From Camelus dromedarius (lineage: Eukaryota): a stretch of 64,000 nt of DNA. The stretch's first letter is position 1, and every line of letters starts with the position of its first letter. Below the pieces are notes generated by a model. The model was not told the origin of the DNA. It saw only the letters and a list, made by a program, of their open reading frames with translations, and searched no databases. A program made the translations under genes and the position numbers. Shown here in pieces: positions 14,090-26,708 of the stretch. The DNA is taken from positions 87,546,001 to 87,610,000 of the forward strand of contig NC_087437.1 in assembly GCF_036321535.1 (NCBI RefSeq), written 5' to 3'.

Positions 14090-14245
14090 CCCTAAATAAC
14101 ACTGTAGACAGGAGCAAGCCAGTGTCACCTCAGAACTTCATATCCATACTGACAGGTGAAAGAGAAATAAACATTTGTCTTACTAAGTCACTGTTTGCAG
14201 ATCTCTTTTTCATAACAGCTTAGCGTATAGTTTAACTAACCAGAA
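14090..14245 (+). mobile_element. MLT1 (MaLR) LTR 3' fragment
   Basis: gaaataaacatttgtcttactaagtcactg...cataacagcttagc...ctaac resembles an MLT1 terminus. Confidence 0.5.
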
Positions 14246-15561
14246 CTGCTAAACGCTAAAAGCAGCTCTAGAAATACACTGAGACATTTTTATGTAATTT
14301 CTATATATAGACAGACAGTTTTGAAAAAGGAGATAATTGGAACAAATTTATTCAAAGTATTAACTTAGTCAATTAGTATTTCTCTAACAATGACTACAAG
14401 AGACCCAGAACTGAGCAAAGAAACTAAGTTCTGCTCTCAGATATTATTACTTTCGAGAGAAACAGACACTCATCAAAAATCACAAATAAATGTCTAAAAC
14501 TTACTAATGTGATCATTGGTTCAATGGTAGGTACCTGGTAATACAGAGAAAAAAAAGAATAGTCTCAATAATTGCAAATATTTACTACCTAATAGCTGCA
14601 TAAAAGGAGTAGTGGTAATGCAAAAACACCTGCCCTCCATTACCCCAGAGTCTGTGAAGGGAAATAAGGACTAAAAATACAATCACTAAGCAAGGCAGTA
14701 TGTTAGTACCACATAAGCACTACGAGATGAATGGGCGTATCATAGGCATGACTAAACCTGCCAAATGCTTTTCTAATGTAATGACAGATGTAATGCAAAA
14801 CAATGCACTGCTTCACAATGTGTGTACCTCCTAATATGAAACATCTACATCTGAGCCATGAGCAAAGTACATTGAAGTTGTATCAAGCTACACACATTCT
14901 TTTTTTTCACATAAACATTGATTACAAGTCTTCCTGACTAGTGGTTTCAATCATGATTTGAAATGATTTGACTTAAATTATATCTTTCCTAGAAGAGATT
15001 TGTCCAAACACATAGAGCAAATCTTCCCTTAAAGTCTTCCAGGTTTTAAATCAATCAGTAAATGGAATTTGAACAGAGGTAACCACATAACTTACATTTC
15101 TAAGGTCCAATTTATTATTGTGAAGAAATGGCTGAATACTCAGGATGAATTCAGTCAAAGCTTGTCTGAGTTCACTCCCGGGTTTGTTAATCTTCAGGGG
15201 GAAATCTTACTGTGAATATAGAATGCACTGGAAAGCAAAGACAGACTTGCTCCACCCTCACTAGGAATGATGGTACAGAAAGCCAACTTGCCTTTTGAGC
15301 CAACGGTTAGGGTTTGAACTTTAGGATGCGGTAAGTTTGTATTAGTGGCATGTCAAAACTCTTGCCCTAACCTCCAGAGAACTGGAGAGCTAGAATCTAA
15401 CAAAATTCTGGAAAATAAAAGATACACACACACGTATAATTATATATGCTATATCTATAATTTAGTGGTTTCAAGAGTGGTTTTACATATATTTAGTGTT
15501 TGAAAAGTTGGTTAACTTAAACTTCTCAATTTTCAGGGCTTATGATGATATTAAAACTTGA

Positions 15562-15907
15562 TGCTATAGACTGAATGCTCATGTCTCCAAAATTCATGTG
15601 ATGAAACCTAGTCCCCAGTGTGATGGGATTTGGAGGTGGGTCTTTTGGAAGGTGATTCGATCAGAATGGTGGAGCCCTCATTAATAAGACTATGCTGTTA
15701 TGAAAGAGACCTTGGAGAGCTCCCTCACCCGTTCTGACATGTAAAGACATAGCAAGAAGAAAGCCTTCTAAGAACCAGGGAGCACCTGGCACGGAATCTG
15801 ACAGCACCTTGATCTTGGATTTCTCAGCCTCCAAAACTATGAGAAATAAATACTTGTTGTTTAAGCCAGCCAGTCCATGGTATTGTTGTTACAGCAACCC
15901 CAAGGCA
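15562..15907 (+). mobile_element. MLT1A-like MaLR solo LTR
   Basis: Starts tgctatagactgaatg...aaaattcatgtg; contains ggagccctcat and cagcctccaaaactatgagaaataaa...taagccagccagtccatggtatt. Confidence 0.85.
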
Positions 15908-17789
15908 CTATAAAGTGTATGAGAAGAGGGAGAAAACCTGTTTTTCTCCCAGTCAGCATCTGAATCTCAAAGTAGTCTTTGTGGCATACCTATTTATGCA
16001 AATTTACATTCATCCACATAAAGTAGAATGGAAGAACGTGCATTTTCCAAGCCCTCTTGAAAATTTCTGAAACGCACACTCACCACAAAGTTACACTGAT
16101 AAATTTCATTAAAAAAGAAAATATTACATATCATATATGCCAAGATTGAACCTACTTTGTAGATACTGTTAAATCTCAGACAGCCTTAGATTGGATTTTA
16201 TTCTTTTTTTCCAGGTGGACCTGGAAGGTCTTGGTGAGCATAGCTAACAGTCCATATTTTCTCCATGCACTGATTGTTGGAAATAGCCAAGCGTTCTCTC
16301 CCAGGTCTGACTTCGTTAAATCACTGGACCAGGGTTGATCTCTTCTAGTCTTTTCCACATACTAGCAAGCCCTCTTTTTTACAAAGGAGAGAAACTCTAT
16401 CCTGGTGGTAGTTTCTACATTCTATCTCCTTGTTTCCCCTTTTTTCCAGGTTTTGGAGAGTAACTTCCACAGACGCCCCTACAACCACTAGACTACCCCC
16501 CGCTAGTAAATCCCTTCACCACTGTTTAGCTGTGTATTATTGGCTCACTTAATTCTATTACTAAGTTAATTCATTTTGCTGGATCAAATTTAATTCCTTG
16601 TTCATTGACTTACCTTTGGAAATTCTAAACCTCTCTCTTGATTAAAAAGAAAGAGGAAAGTGGATTAATCTGATTTCTAATTTGGAACAGATAAACAGTT
16701 GTTCTGGACTGCTGCATGAAATAAAACAAAACACCATCAGGGAAACCTCTTTCTCTGTGTTGTGGCTTATTCCAAAAAGACATGGGAACCAGTGCTATTC
16801 CTAGTCAATTAAAATTTAGTGCTTGAATATGCCATGATTTGTTCTCTAACCTTGACGGATTAATTTGAGTGATGTCAAAACTAGCTGCCAAGTTTAGCGA
16901 GGAAAACAAGATAAGATTTATCCATACTTGTAGATCTCTCAACATGTCTGGCTTTTATCACTTGCCTTGCCAAACAATTGTATATTCTAGAGTGATCTCA
17001 GTGAGTAAAAGAATGGGAAGATATACCCTATCTCCTTTTGCCAACACTGTTATATGTCGGATTATCTGAGTTTTAACATTATGACAGGACATGAATAATG
17101 ACAAGTATAACTATAATGTCAGAAACCTGTATTATACAGTCCAGGTGGATTCTTATAGAACTATGCAATTCTAGTGCTTCAAAGAACTTTAGAGACAATA
17201 TAACTGTTCACCTTTCAACATTTTCCCCGAGCTTATTTCAGCCCACCCATCAACTGAAATACATCTTTTGTATAGGCAATGTTAAGTATAAAACACTCTT
17301 CCATGTCATTTCTTTAAGGTGAACAATTGCTAGTTACCACTTAAGGAGAAGGACTGAAAGTGCTCAAGTGAGACTGCATATTCTATAGATATAAATGCCA
17401 AATCCCTCAGATCTGAAGCTGTTCCCAGAACATTCCATGTTCCTGTTAGACTACATGACTTAGGAAACACGACCCTTCTGATACTTATGGTAACTTTAAA
17501 ATTCATATTAGTGCTAAACATTTTAAGTATGTTGGAAACTTAAGAAAAAATCTCTCAGCGGAGGTTAAAATTTGAGGTTAAAATGTTAACTCTTCATCAA
17601 CCAGACAAGCTAGGTTCTAGCACATTCTTCTGGCCCTGAGTGACAACTGCATTATAGATTGGTTATTCAGTTGCTCCCCTTTAGACTTTAATTCAGTGAA
17701 TTTCTACTCCATTAAGCCTTCCACATTTTATTCTATTTGCTTTCTTCCATTTTATCAATGAGCATGCACACTGGAAGGAACATGGATAG

Positions 17790-18140
17790 GTGGTGGAGAG
17801 ACGTTTTGAGTGTAATTAACGAGCACAAATTAACAATTTAAATATTGCCCGGTTCTACATCATTTTCATGAAAATTATTTCGTGAGGTGTTCTTCATCAA
17901 CTTCATAAGCAACCTTCATCAAATCACGCAGCCTTTGCTTTGCCAAAACATTCTGCCTAATTGAATTAGCTGCTGTAAGTCTAGCTCCCTTCCCTGCAAG
18001 GTGTCAGAGGCACAGCTTTGTTTCAAAAGGAGTGCAGCTTCACAACTACCGCCTTGGCAGGCGGAGGATGAACACACTCTTTTCATGGAGACCGACGCTT
18101 TCCCCCTGAATGGCCAGTGGAAATTTAAATTCAAAGTGTT
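17790..18140. promoter_or_regulatory. Candidate enhancer / conserved non-coding element
   Basis: Repeat-free; clustered TAAT/ATTA sites, perfect P3 site TAATTGAATTA at 17958-17968, retained CpGs; conservation not tested. Confidence 0.35.
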
Positions 18141-19820
18141 TCCAAAATCTGAAAAAAAGAAGCCCATATACTACTTTGATGCTATACTTCCAAGAAAATA
18201 GAAATTAGTACAAATCTAAGAGTCACTATAATCTTTTTTATCAAGGTGTGTTTTAGTTTTAAAATTCACAAATTAGTTGTATAATTATAAATTTGATAAT
18301 TGAAATTTTTGTCATTTTAGGAAGTACTGCTTTGTATTACATAACATTTAAGGACTGGAGCAGAATATTTGATGTATTGTTGTCATTCTTATCATGGCAT
18401 AGTGTGCATAATACCAACCGTAACTACACTGCCAGAAAATGTTGATTCTATAGCTCATTTATTTAACAGAAGTCAAATTTGAGAAATTGAAATTAAAGCA
18501 AGACAATAAGCTTCTATATTTACTTCCAACTCTAAAAAATTTCATGATTTAGTATCAAATGATTCTTTTTAAAGTGAGAGTATCCAGATGTGAAATAACT
18601 AGGGTTCTCTTTCTTCTGGCAAGATAAATAAATGTCTTATAAGCCTGTACTGGGAGTACTGTTCCCAGACCACCTCTACCACTGCATCCTCTTCCCTTAA
18701 AAGAACAGAAGAAAAGGCAAAAAATTACAGTAAAAAATGAAATAAACTGTGTCAAGTGAGCTGCTGCTTTTATGTGACAAGCCTACCACCAGGGATTTGA
18801 AGTCTCTTAAGTTCAAGTACTTGTTATCAGGCTGCAGCAAACACCCCATTCCATTTTTACTTTCAGACTCTACCAAGTCTGGCTCCCAGCTCTGGTCATT
18901 TTTTTCCCCCTCCCTTTATGGTGAAAAATGTATCCCTTACTTTTACCATGCTGTGATCACAAGTTCCTCCCTCAATACACCCCTGTAGTGAAAACTGGTA
19001 TTATGGCTGTGGTGTAAGTCATCCTCCCAAGTGAATGAGTGTTTGCAGAAATCAATGCTTTTTACTAATTATTTGGGAAACGACATGTTACCAATTTCCA
19101 CATTAGCCTAAACAGATATGACTTCTTGCCTAACTACCCTGCTGCAGTTGTAGTTATGTTTAATATTAAAATACATGCATTTGTAAATGAATGGAATATA
19201 CACACTACAAATATGAAAGTAAATATGAAAATATTGATTTGTATAAATATATGTAAACTTTATAAGGTAATTTCATGGCAGTTTCACCTTCACTGAATTA
19301 AATATTCTGAAGATCAGGGAACGTTAGCTCTTAGGCTTTGGTTATTTATGTCCTATTCTTTCCCTGCTGCTCATGACTAAATTTTCTAGAAGAAAATAAC
19401 TAGCTATATCAAATATTCACTGTTTTTTTAAGAGCTAACGTTCATGTTATCCTTTCCCCCCATCTCTTTCGCGAAAGAATTTTTAAATGAACCTCTACTT
19501 GAAGAATGTTTTAGGATCTTGTTTCATACGTTTTTTGAGGGAAAGTCAAAGAAACTTAAGTTCACACTGTTTCTTCCTTTGCCACTAATAGAAGTTTTGA
19601 GAATTTCCAGTGTACTTATATTCTACTCATTGAACAGAAGTTAGAAAAAAAAAAGCTTTCATGAATATCAAGTATTTCTTTGTCTCTGGATACATTTGTT
19701 TGTGTAAAGAAAAAGCATTTGGCAATCTGGACATATTTAGGTTTTCTTTTCTTTTTTTTTTTCCTTTTCCTTTAAGTTGAAAAACACATGATAAACATTT
19801 GTCATAAATTGTAAGCTTAC

Positions 19821-19894
19821 CTTTCGCTCTTGGTTTTGATCCAGCAAGTGTTCTCCATCACAAACTCTTCATCTGGCATATTTAACTGATGACT
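19821..19894 (-). other. Candidate 74-nt exon of an unidentified transcript
   Basis: Minus strand tcatctttcaactttatctgcag|AGTCATCAG...AGCGAAAG|gtaagc; strong acceptor and donor, purine-rich body; one open frame SHQLNMPDEEFVMENTCWIKTKSE. Confidence 0.4.
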
Positions 19895-20304
19895 CTGCAG
19901 ATAAAGTTGAAAGATGATGATTTAATAATTCCTTTCATGTTCTAGTCTCAGGATAAGTTGCCTTTATTTTATATTCATTTTAAACCCTTTTCTTTTCTTG
20001 ATAAGTGCCTCTAAGTTTTCCTTCCTTTTCACCAGGAAAAAGGAGCTTTTACAAAGAATTATTTCCCTTTTATTTTTGTCAGGGTACCCTTTAATCTCTT
20101 TAAGATCTTTTACTTTCTTTAAAAAAAAAATTAAAGTAGTTTCCAATTAGCACCTATTTAAGAAACACACTTTGTTAAATGCTTAGTATATCCTAGGCAC
20201 TAAGCTTAAAAATACAATTGAAAGTGATCTTTATTTAAAGAATTCATGATATATTGATATCATGAATGATGTAAAGTAAAGCATTGATTCTGTTCAAGGA
20301 AGAT

Positions 20305-20440
20305 CATGCAGTAAAGGAAAAAAAACTGGTTTGGAACCTCACAGACCTGGTTAAAAATCAAAGCTCAGTCATTATCGAAGTATATGACATTTGTCAAGTT
20401 CCTTATTCTCTGAATTATTATAGTATAAGCTTTAAAATAG
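20305..20440 (+). mobile_element. MIR SINE, degenerate
   Basis: cacagacctggttaaaaatc..agctc...tgacatttgtcaagttccttattctctga. Confidence 0.5.
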
Positions 20441-20644
20441 TTTCCGGGAGAGAAGAGACAGTAAGTCTCCTTAGCTGTAAGTAGTGCTTTGTCCATTATC
20501 TATAATTTTTAGGAGCACATTCAAAATATATTGCCACATGAAAGAAAAAATAGTTTAGAAATCTGCATGTCTAAAGGAGAGTGTGAGAGAAATGGAAAAC
20601 ACCTGCAAATGTGATCAATAGAATAAAAACGAACAATGTACACT

Positions 20645-21200
20645 TCCACTCTCAGCTCGAATAGAGTTGCCCCGTTTCACCAAGGTTAGCCCTCCTACAA
20701 CTAAAAATCTCCGGGACATAACACAACAAACAAGTGCAAGATTCTGGAAGGTAGAAACAAGAATGTGGACTGTCTGGGGACCTTGGGCCTTGAGGATTAA
20801 CAGAGTGGTGGGTACCCCTGGATTTCCTTATTGCCTCCTGTGTATCCTGGGCAGAGTGCTGTGAAAGGTTATAGTCCAGAACCTCCAACAGGCAAAAGCA
20901 AAACAAAGAAAACTTCCAGATGAAGTCTGTTCCCTAAAGGGACCGAACAGAATAGGAAAACAGTTTGGGAAATACTCAGCCTACTATACCCAAAAATACC
21001 AACAGAACCCCCCTCATGCCTGGTTTCAGTGAGGCTGAGCAATGGGCTGATCTCCCATCTCATCCCTTTTCTATTAAAACAGGTGGCAGCACTGCAACCG
21101 CCCTGAGGGCGGTGGTATTAACAGCACCAAACAAGAAGCTAATCTTCCACCTCCACCTGGTGGAAGGAGGAGCTGCCCCTTCCTTTCCCTATTCACTCAT
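20645..21200 (+). mobile_element. Old L1 5' end-like fragment
   Basis: cttccactctcagc...ctcctacaactaaaaatctccgggacataacac resembles L1M 5' ends. Confidence 0.35.
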
Positions 21201-21659
21201 TTTTTCCCCTATAGAACTAAAATAACAGACCAGAGGCTGAATAATTTTTATGCACTACTTTTGCACTGCCTGCAACCAGTATATTTACCTTTTTTTTAAA
21301 AAAAAAAATCTCTTCTGGTTTCATCACTCAGGACTCAAGTTTTTGTACTGTATCCTGGCATTTGTAATAAACTTGTTACATTGTCTAAAATGTTACTTTA
21401 TTTCCTTCTGCCAAACACCTTCTTAATTCCTTCTATTCCAAAAAGCATCCTCCCTAAGGAAAGTGAAGCCCTGTTACAATTTCCATTTAAACACTCTTCC
21501 AAAATACTGATTACAAATTATTTGCATATTTATAATAATTTTTGCTTCAAGGTTGCTGCATTTTAGAAATGGTCACATGTTTTATTTGCTTTTATGTCTA
21601 TCAAAATGTTATTAGTATCAGAATTAAATGTATAAGCATGGATAATATATCAGAGCATT

Positions 21660-22418
21660 TTTGGTAGGAATGTAAGTTGGTGTAATCACTATGGAAAATA
21701 GTATGGAAGTTCCTTAAAAAACTAAAAACAGTTACCATATCTAGCAATCTCATTCCTGGACATACATCCAGAAAAGACAAAAACTCTAATTCAAAGGATA
21801 CATGCACCCCAGTGTTCACTGCAGCCCTGTTTATGATAAGCCAAGACATATAAACAACTCAAGGACCCATCAACAGATGATTAGCTTAAGAAGCTGTGAT
21901 ATATATACACACACACATATATATATATACACACACACACACACAATGGAGCATTAGTCATAAAAGAATGAAATGTCATTTACAGAAACGTGGATGGACT
22001 TAGAGAATATTATGCCTAATGAAGTAAGTGAGGGAGAGAAAGACATACTATATGATATTATTTATGTATGGTATCTAAGAAATAATATGAATGAATCTAT
22101 ATACTAAACAGAAACACACACAGACATAGAAAACAAATTTATATTTACCGAAGGGGAAGGGGGTTAGGGAGGGACAAATTAGGAGTATGAGATTAATAGG
22201 TACAAACTACTATACATAAAATGGACAAGCAACAAGAATTTACTGTACTGTACAGGGAATTACATTCAATGTCTTATAACAACCTACAATAAAATATAAT
22301 CTGAAAATAATTAATCACTCTGTTGTACACCTGAAATTAACACAATATTGTAAATCACCTATACTTCATTTTTAAAAAGAATGAATAGATAAAATTTAGT
22401 AAAAAAAAAAAAAAAAAG
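21660..22418 (+). mobile_element. 5'-truncated L1 (ORF2 C-terminus, 3' UTR, poly-A)
   Basis: ggaatgtaagttggtg...ctatggaaaatagtatggaagttcct; 3' UTR ending tgtacacctgaaattaacacaatattgtaaatc; A17 tail. Confidence 0.92.
21900..21945. repeat. (TA)n(CA)n microsatellite within L1
   Basis: atatatacacacacacatatatatatatacacacacacacacac. Confidence 0.9.
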
Positions 22419-23759
22419 CCTTAAATTGTAATTCTAGGGCTATGGCTGTGCCATTTTGGCAACATTATTTTACCTTAAACTCACAAATGCTTGAGAAAGA
22501 TGTTGCTAACTTTTTTTTCATTTTTGTATACTTTTCATCTCACTTTTTCAGTTTTATTATGTACTTAACTAATACTGAGAAATTAGTAGATACTAACAAT
22601 GTCATCTTCCTCATAAAGATCTTTGTTTTTTAAAAAAAATTACTTCAAAAACATTTTGGTTTTTTTTTTTAAAGAAATATGATTCTTATACTGTTTCATC
22701 TGTATGTTCTGAAATTTTACTGAAGACTGAAAAAGATTCTACTCAGTTTATAGCATTTTTCACATTAATCAATCACTATGGAAATCTAAACATGTAAATA
22801 ATTTATAATGTGATGAGTGGTTTGAAAGCTGATAAGTTTGCAAGGACCCCAAATTGGATTTCCTTGGCTTCCCTCAGTTGACTTTATGGTGCTTCCTATC
22901 AAGACACCCAGCTTTTTATCTCACCTCTATTTCACAGGGTCAGGAATTGATATTAACCCTTTTCCAAACAAACAGCTACAACTGAAAAATCACACAGCAA
23001 AAATATGGCCGCAGGATATAAAGAAAAGTAGAAGGGTAAGAGGGGAGAAGGATGGCTTTTTTGTGAAATAACCAAGTGAAAAAATGATATTTTTAGATTC
23101 CTAAGTATTTTGAAAGAGAAAAAAAAAATGAAAGAACAAGTGATAGGCTCTTGCCCGGAAATGACACTGTTCCAAAAGGAAAATGCAGTGAAGGAAATGA
23201 AAAGCTGCTCAAGCAGTGACCTTTCCTTTAATGTACTGAAGATAAGGTTTGCTTGTTCTTTCTAATAACATGGCTGGTGAAATAAGAATTCTTAGACTTT
23301 ACACTCTCCAGTTTCCCTTCTTGTGCAGAGAATCGCACATTGCCCTTTAGGGTTTCAAACATAAAATATAAAAAAAAAAAATGACTAAGGTACCCATGGT
23401 TTTAGCTATTTAAATTCCATTCACTTATAACTCTTATTACACACAAGTTGTTTTCATACTAAAGTGAACTGAAGGACCCAAGTATATGTACGTGCTGAGT
23501 GCTCCCTGGGAAAAGTACACGGATCCATGTCAGAGTTCCCAGAGCTCCAGTAACTGCAGAATGTGGCAAAGGAAGAGGATTCCTAAGGAATTAAGAGACG
23601 GTATTCCTAATTACACTTGGTGCAAGATTTCACCAGCACTCCAGGGAAGAGAGAGTTGGTATAACGCACCTGGAACACAACGGCAAAGGCAATGACTATT
23701 TTCCACAGTAACACCTTCTGACAGGCATGGAGCAGTCTTCCTGCTGGCACGTCCTGAAC

Positions 23760-23950
23760 AACTGACTTGTAGTATTTCATTTAATTCTTTTAATAGCTCT
23801 AATTCTAGAGTTTCAAGTGATGAAACTGAAGTGTAGGAAGATTTAAAATACATACATCTAGGATCACATAATTTCCAGGTGGAAGGAATAGGCTCCAAAC
23901 CAAGGCTATTTGGTCGTTTAATCTGTTTTTTAATCACTATATTATACTGC
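23760..23950 (-). mobile_element. MIR SINE
   Basis: tttcatttaattc...gtttcaagtgatgaaactgaag...ctaggatcaca. Confidence 0.6.
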
Positions 23951-24829
23951 ATGCACTTACCTCTAAATATCAAAAATTTTATTTATTTATTTTGCTCAAT
24001 AAATGCTACATAATTAAACCCATAGTGTGGGTACAGTCTTTCTATTTGCTTTAAATACACAGCAAATATATGTATATACAGCAAAATAATCCTTCAGTTT
24101 ATGCAGCAGGGATTTATCTAGAGTTGGATTCATAAAGTCAGTTGCAGTCAAGATACTCTGGTTCCCACATAGAACACATGCTGATTAAATAGTTTTGTTC
24201 AGGATGCTTGAGTGAGATATCTTCCTTCGAGACGACACTATACATGCACAGTTTTGCTCTCATTGGAAATTATAACTGACCCAGTGAAAATTGCTGAAAC
24301 ATATAGTGAATTTTTAGGAAATGTTCCATTTTCATACAGTCAATCTCCAACTATTTGCAACAGGATTATCAGCAGTACATTATGCAAACTTGCTAATATC
24401 ATTTTTATACTCAGAGGAATGCATTTCTCAACACTTACTGTTTAAAACATAAAACCAATAATACATTGCTCTGATATATATTCCCTAGAGTGTTTTATTA
24501 GTTTCTTTCTTTCATCCTATACAAAATAAAAGTGATTGCTTATTATACAAAGTTATTCTTTGTTGCTTATCATACTTTGTGAAAACTTACACATGCTGTG
24601 CAAATGAATAAAAAATACTGTTTATCACAAATGCCACGTTAAAATAATGGCTGCTTCTTTCACAGGACAAAAAATTAATTATCTGAAATATTTAGATTTT
24701 TGTTCCTTCATATTCATTTTTCCCCTCTTCAAAGGGGAACATAATGTCAGATGCAATTTTCAAGCTTCCACAATTGAGTCCTCATTTATGTTCACAAACT
24801 AGTCTCCCTCTATTCTTACTCCAGTTAAA

Positions 24830-25250
24830 TTGGCCTACAGAATATTCTTTTTATAAGGCTACAAATTTGCCTTTGCACATGCCATTTTTAATTTTCACGT
24901 AACCCAGCATCTCCTGTCACTTAAGACCAAGTTCAAATATCTCCACCTCTGTAAGAATTTGCCCGTTTACTCCATCTGATCACGGTATAGTCTCCTCTTC
25001 AGGATTCCTAGAGCCCATTATTATTTCTTACGATGTTCTCCCTCCTCTCTTACTTACAATTAATTAAACATATGTATTATCTCACCCTCCCCCGGTAGGC
25101 TTATTGACTGCAGCCCTCTGTTACTGTTTTCCATTTTTATTTTTGTTTTTGTTTTTGTTTTTGGTTCTGTTTCCTCCCCTAGTAGCATCTAGCATAGCAC
25201 CATACACGTTGTAGGAATTCCATATAGCAGTTTGCATGGCAAGAATAAAT
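24830..25250 (+). mobile_element. L2 fragment
   Basis: gcctttgcacatgcc...aagaccaagttcaaatatctccacctctg...tagcatctagcatagcacc..acacgttgtagg. Confidence 0.6.
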
Positions 25251-26259
25251 ACACCTTAGAAGAGAACGTGTGGACAATTTAAATGGCTTATATCAGAGTT
25301 CAGCCTAGGAGTTCTGACCCTTAAGCCATTACATGGAAAGAAGACAATGTTGGGTGAATCCTAAAAAGCCCCTCGAAGAACTGCCACATTGTAAAATCAA
25401 GTCAGTCTACCCTCAAGCATAGTTCACTCATTTTGTCTGGAATTTGTCGGGATCTCACGATGTATAGCTGCCAACTCGTGTTTTAGTTTTCCTCCTTAGT
25501 CATCCTCTCACTGTTTGTCATATACTTTCTTAGATTTCTTTGGGGAAAGGTACTTTTCAACATTATTTCACCTTCAATTCTGCAAGTTAACCTAAAGCTC
25601 TCTTTGAATGGCTGAATTAACGACAAGCAAATGAACAAAACCAAAAACAAACAAAAATTGATTTCTGAAAACATAATTTCATTAGAGATCTTTTTAATAG
25701 AAAATAGGACATAAGTGTAATTTTCTTGGCCTTCATATTGGTTTTTCAACATACTATGAGTGTCGCATGTATTTCTTTTAAAGTAGTACAGAAATTTGAA
25801 ATACCATAAAATATTTAGACTATGTGAGAATTGTAAAGAAATGATGATATTATAATTAGAACAAACATATTTTGAACTGAGAACTATTAGGATTTTATAC
25901 TTGAGTGGCAAATCCACATTTTGTTTTATATAATTGTCAGGAGGTTGCATTGCTTTACCCTTTTACTAGCCTGCTTTTTTCCTAGGTACCACTGGCGCTT
26001 TTAAATCATTCCTTTCAAAGAACTCACGGGATTGCCACACTTTGTAGGCAAGGACTGTAATTCCAAAATATGTCAAAATCTGTCACAGATCTGCTTCATT
26101 ATTTAGTTCAACTTGAAAAAATAAAGAAGATATTTTATCTCTATCCAAAGGCATTTTTGTAGAAGAAATTACAGACAAACACCCCACACAAAAGAAACTG
26201 AACGAGAAAAGAAAATTGGCATTTTGATTTGTGGACTCTCCAGTAGGTCTGTCATTCAC

Positions 26260-26403
26260 CCAGAGAAAGATCACAATTGTCAGTCTTCTCAGGCAGGGAG
26301 ACTAATTGGTGCAGCTGGGGCAGAACACAGACTTTCTGCGGGGAAAGCCACCTTGCAGAGACACAGAAGGAGCTAAAGGACCTGCAGGTGTTGCGAATTG
26401 AGT
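26260..26403 (-). other. Candidate 144-nt exon
   Basis: Minus strand catcttttag|ACTCAATTCG...TCTCTGG|gtgaat; length divisible by 3; donor only moderate. Confidence 0.25.
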
Positions 26404-26641
26404 CTAAAAGATGAGACTTTCTGATTAGAAAGAGCAAAAAATGTATAGCTGTGTCTTTCTGAATGCTGAGTTCCTAATACGCTTTTTTTGTGTGGATGAC
26501 AGTTCATTCGTTGAGCAAATATTTTTGAACGTGTGCTCCGTACAAAGCGGTGTGCTAGTCACTTCCTTTAGCTTCAAAAAGCAAACAAAATTTGACCTGA
26601 TGGAAAAGATGGCCAAGAATCAACATAGAAAATGAACTTAC

Positions 26642-26708
26642 TCTCTGAGGTCATGCGGTGCCTTGTTTTGGTTTTCTTTTTCTGAGTGTGACTCCCATCC
26701 AAGTCATT
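26642..26708 (-). other. Candidate 67-nt exon
   Basis: Minus strand ttctcacctttatggtttctag|AATGACTTGG...TCAGAGA|gtaagt; branch-like ctcac and consensus donor. Confidence 0.35.

Noticed and set aside
25483..25950. Longest ORF in the track (155 aa)
   Set aside because: I/K/F/Y/N-rich composition typical of AT-rich non-coding DNA; no domain resemblance
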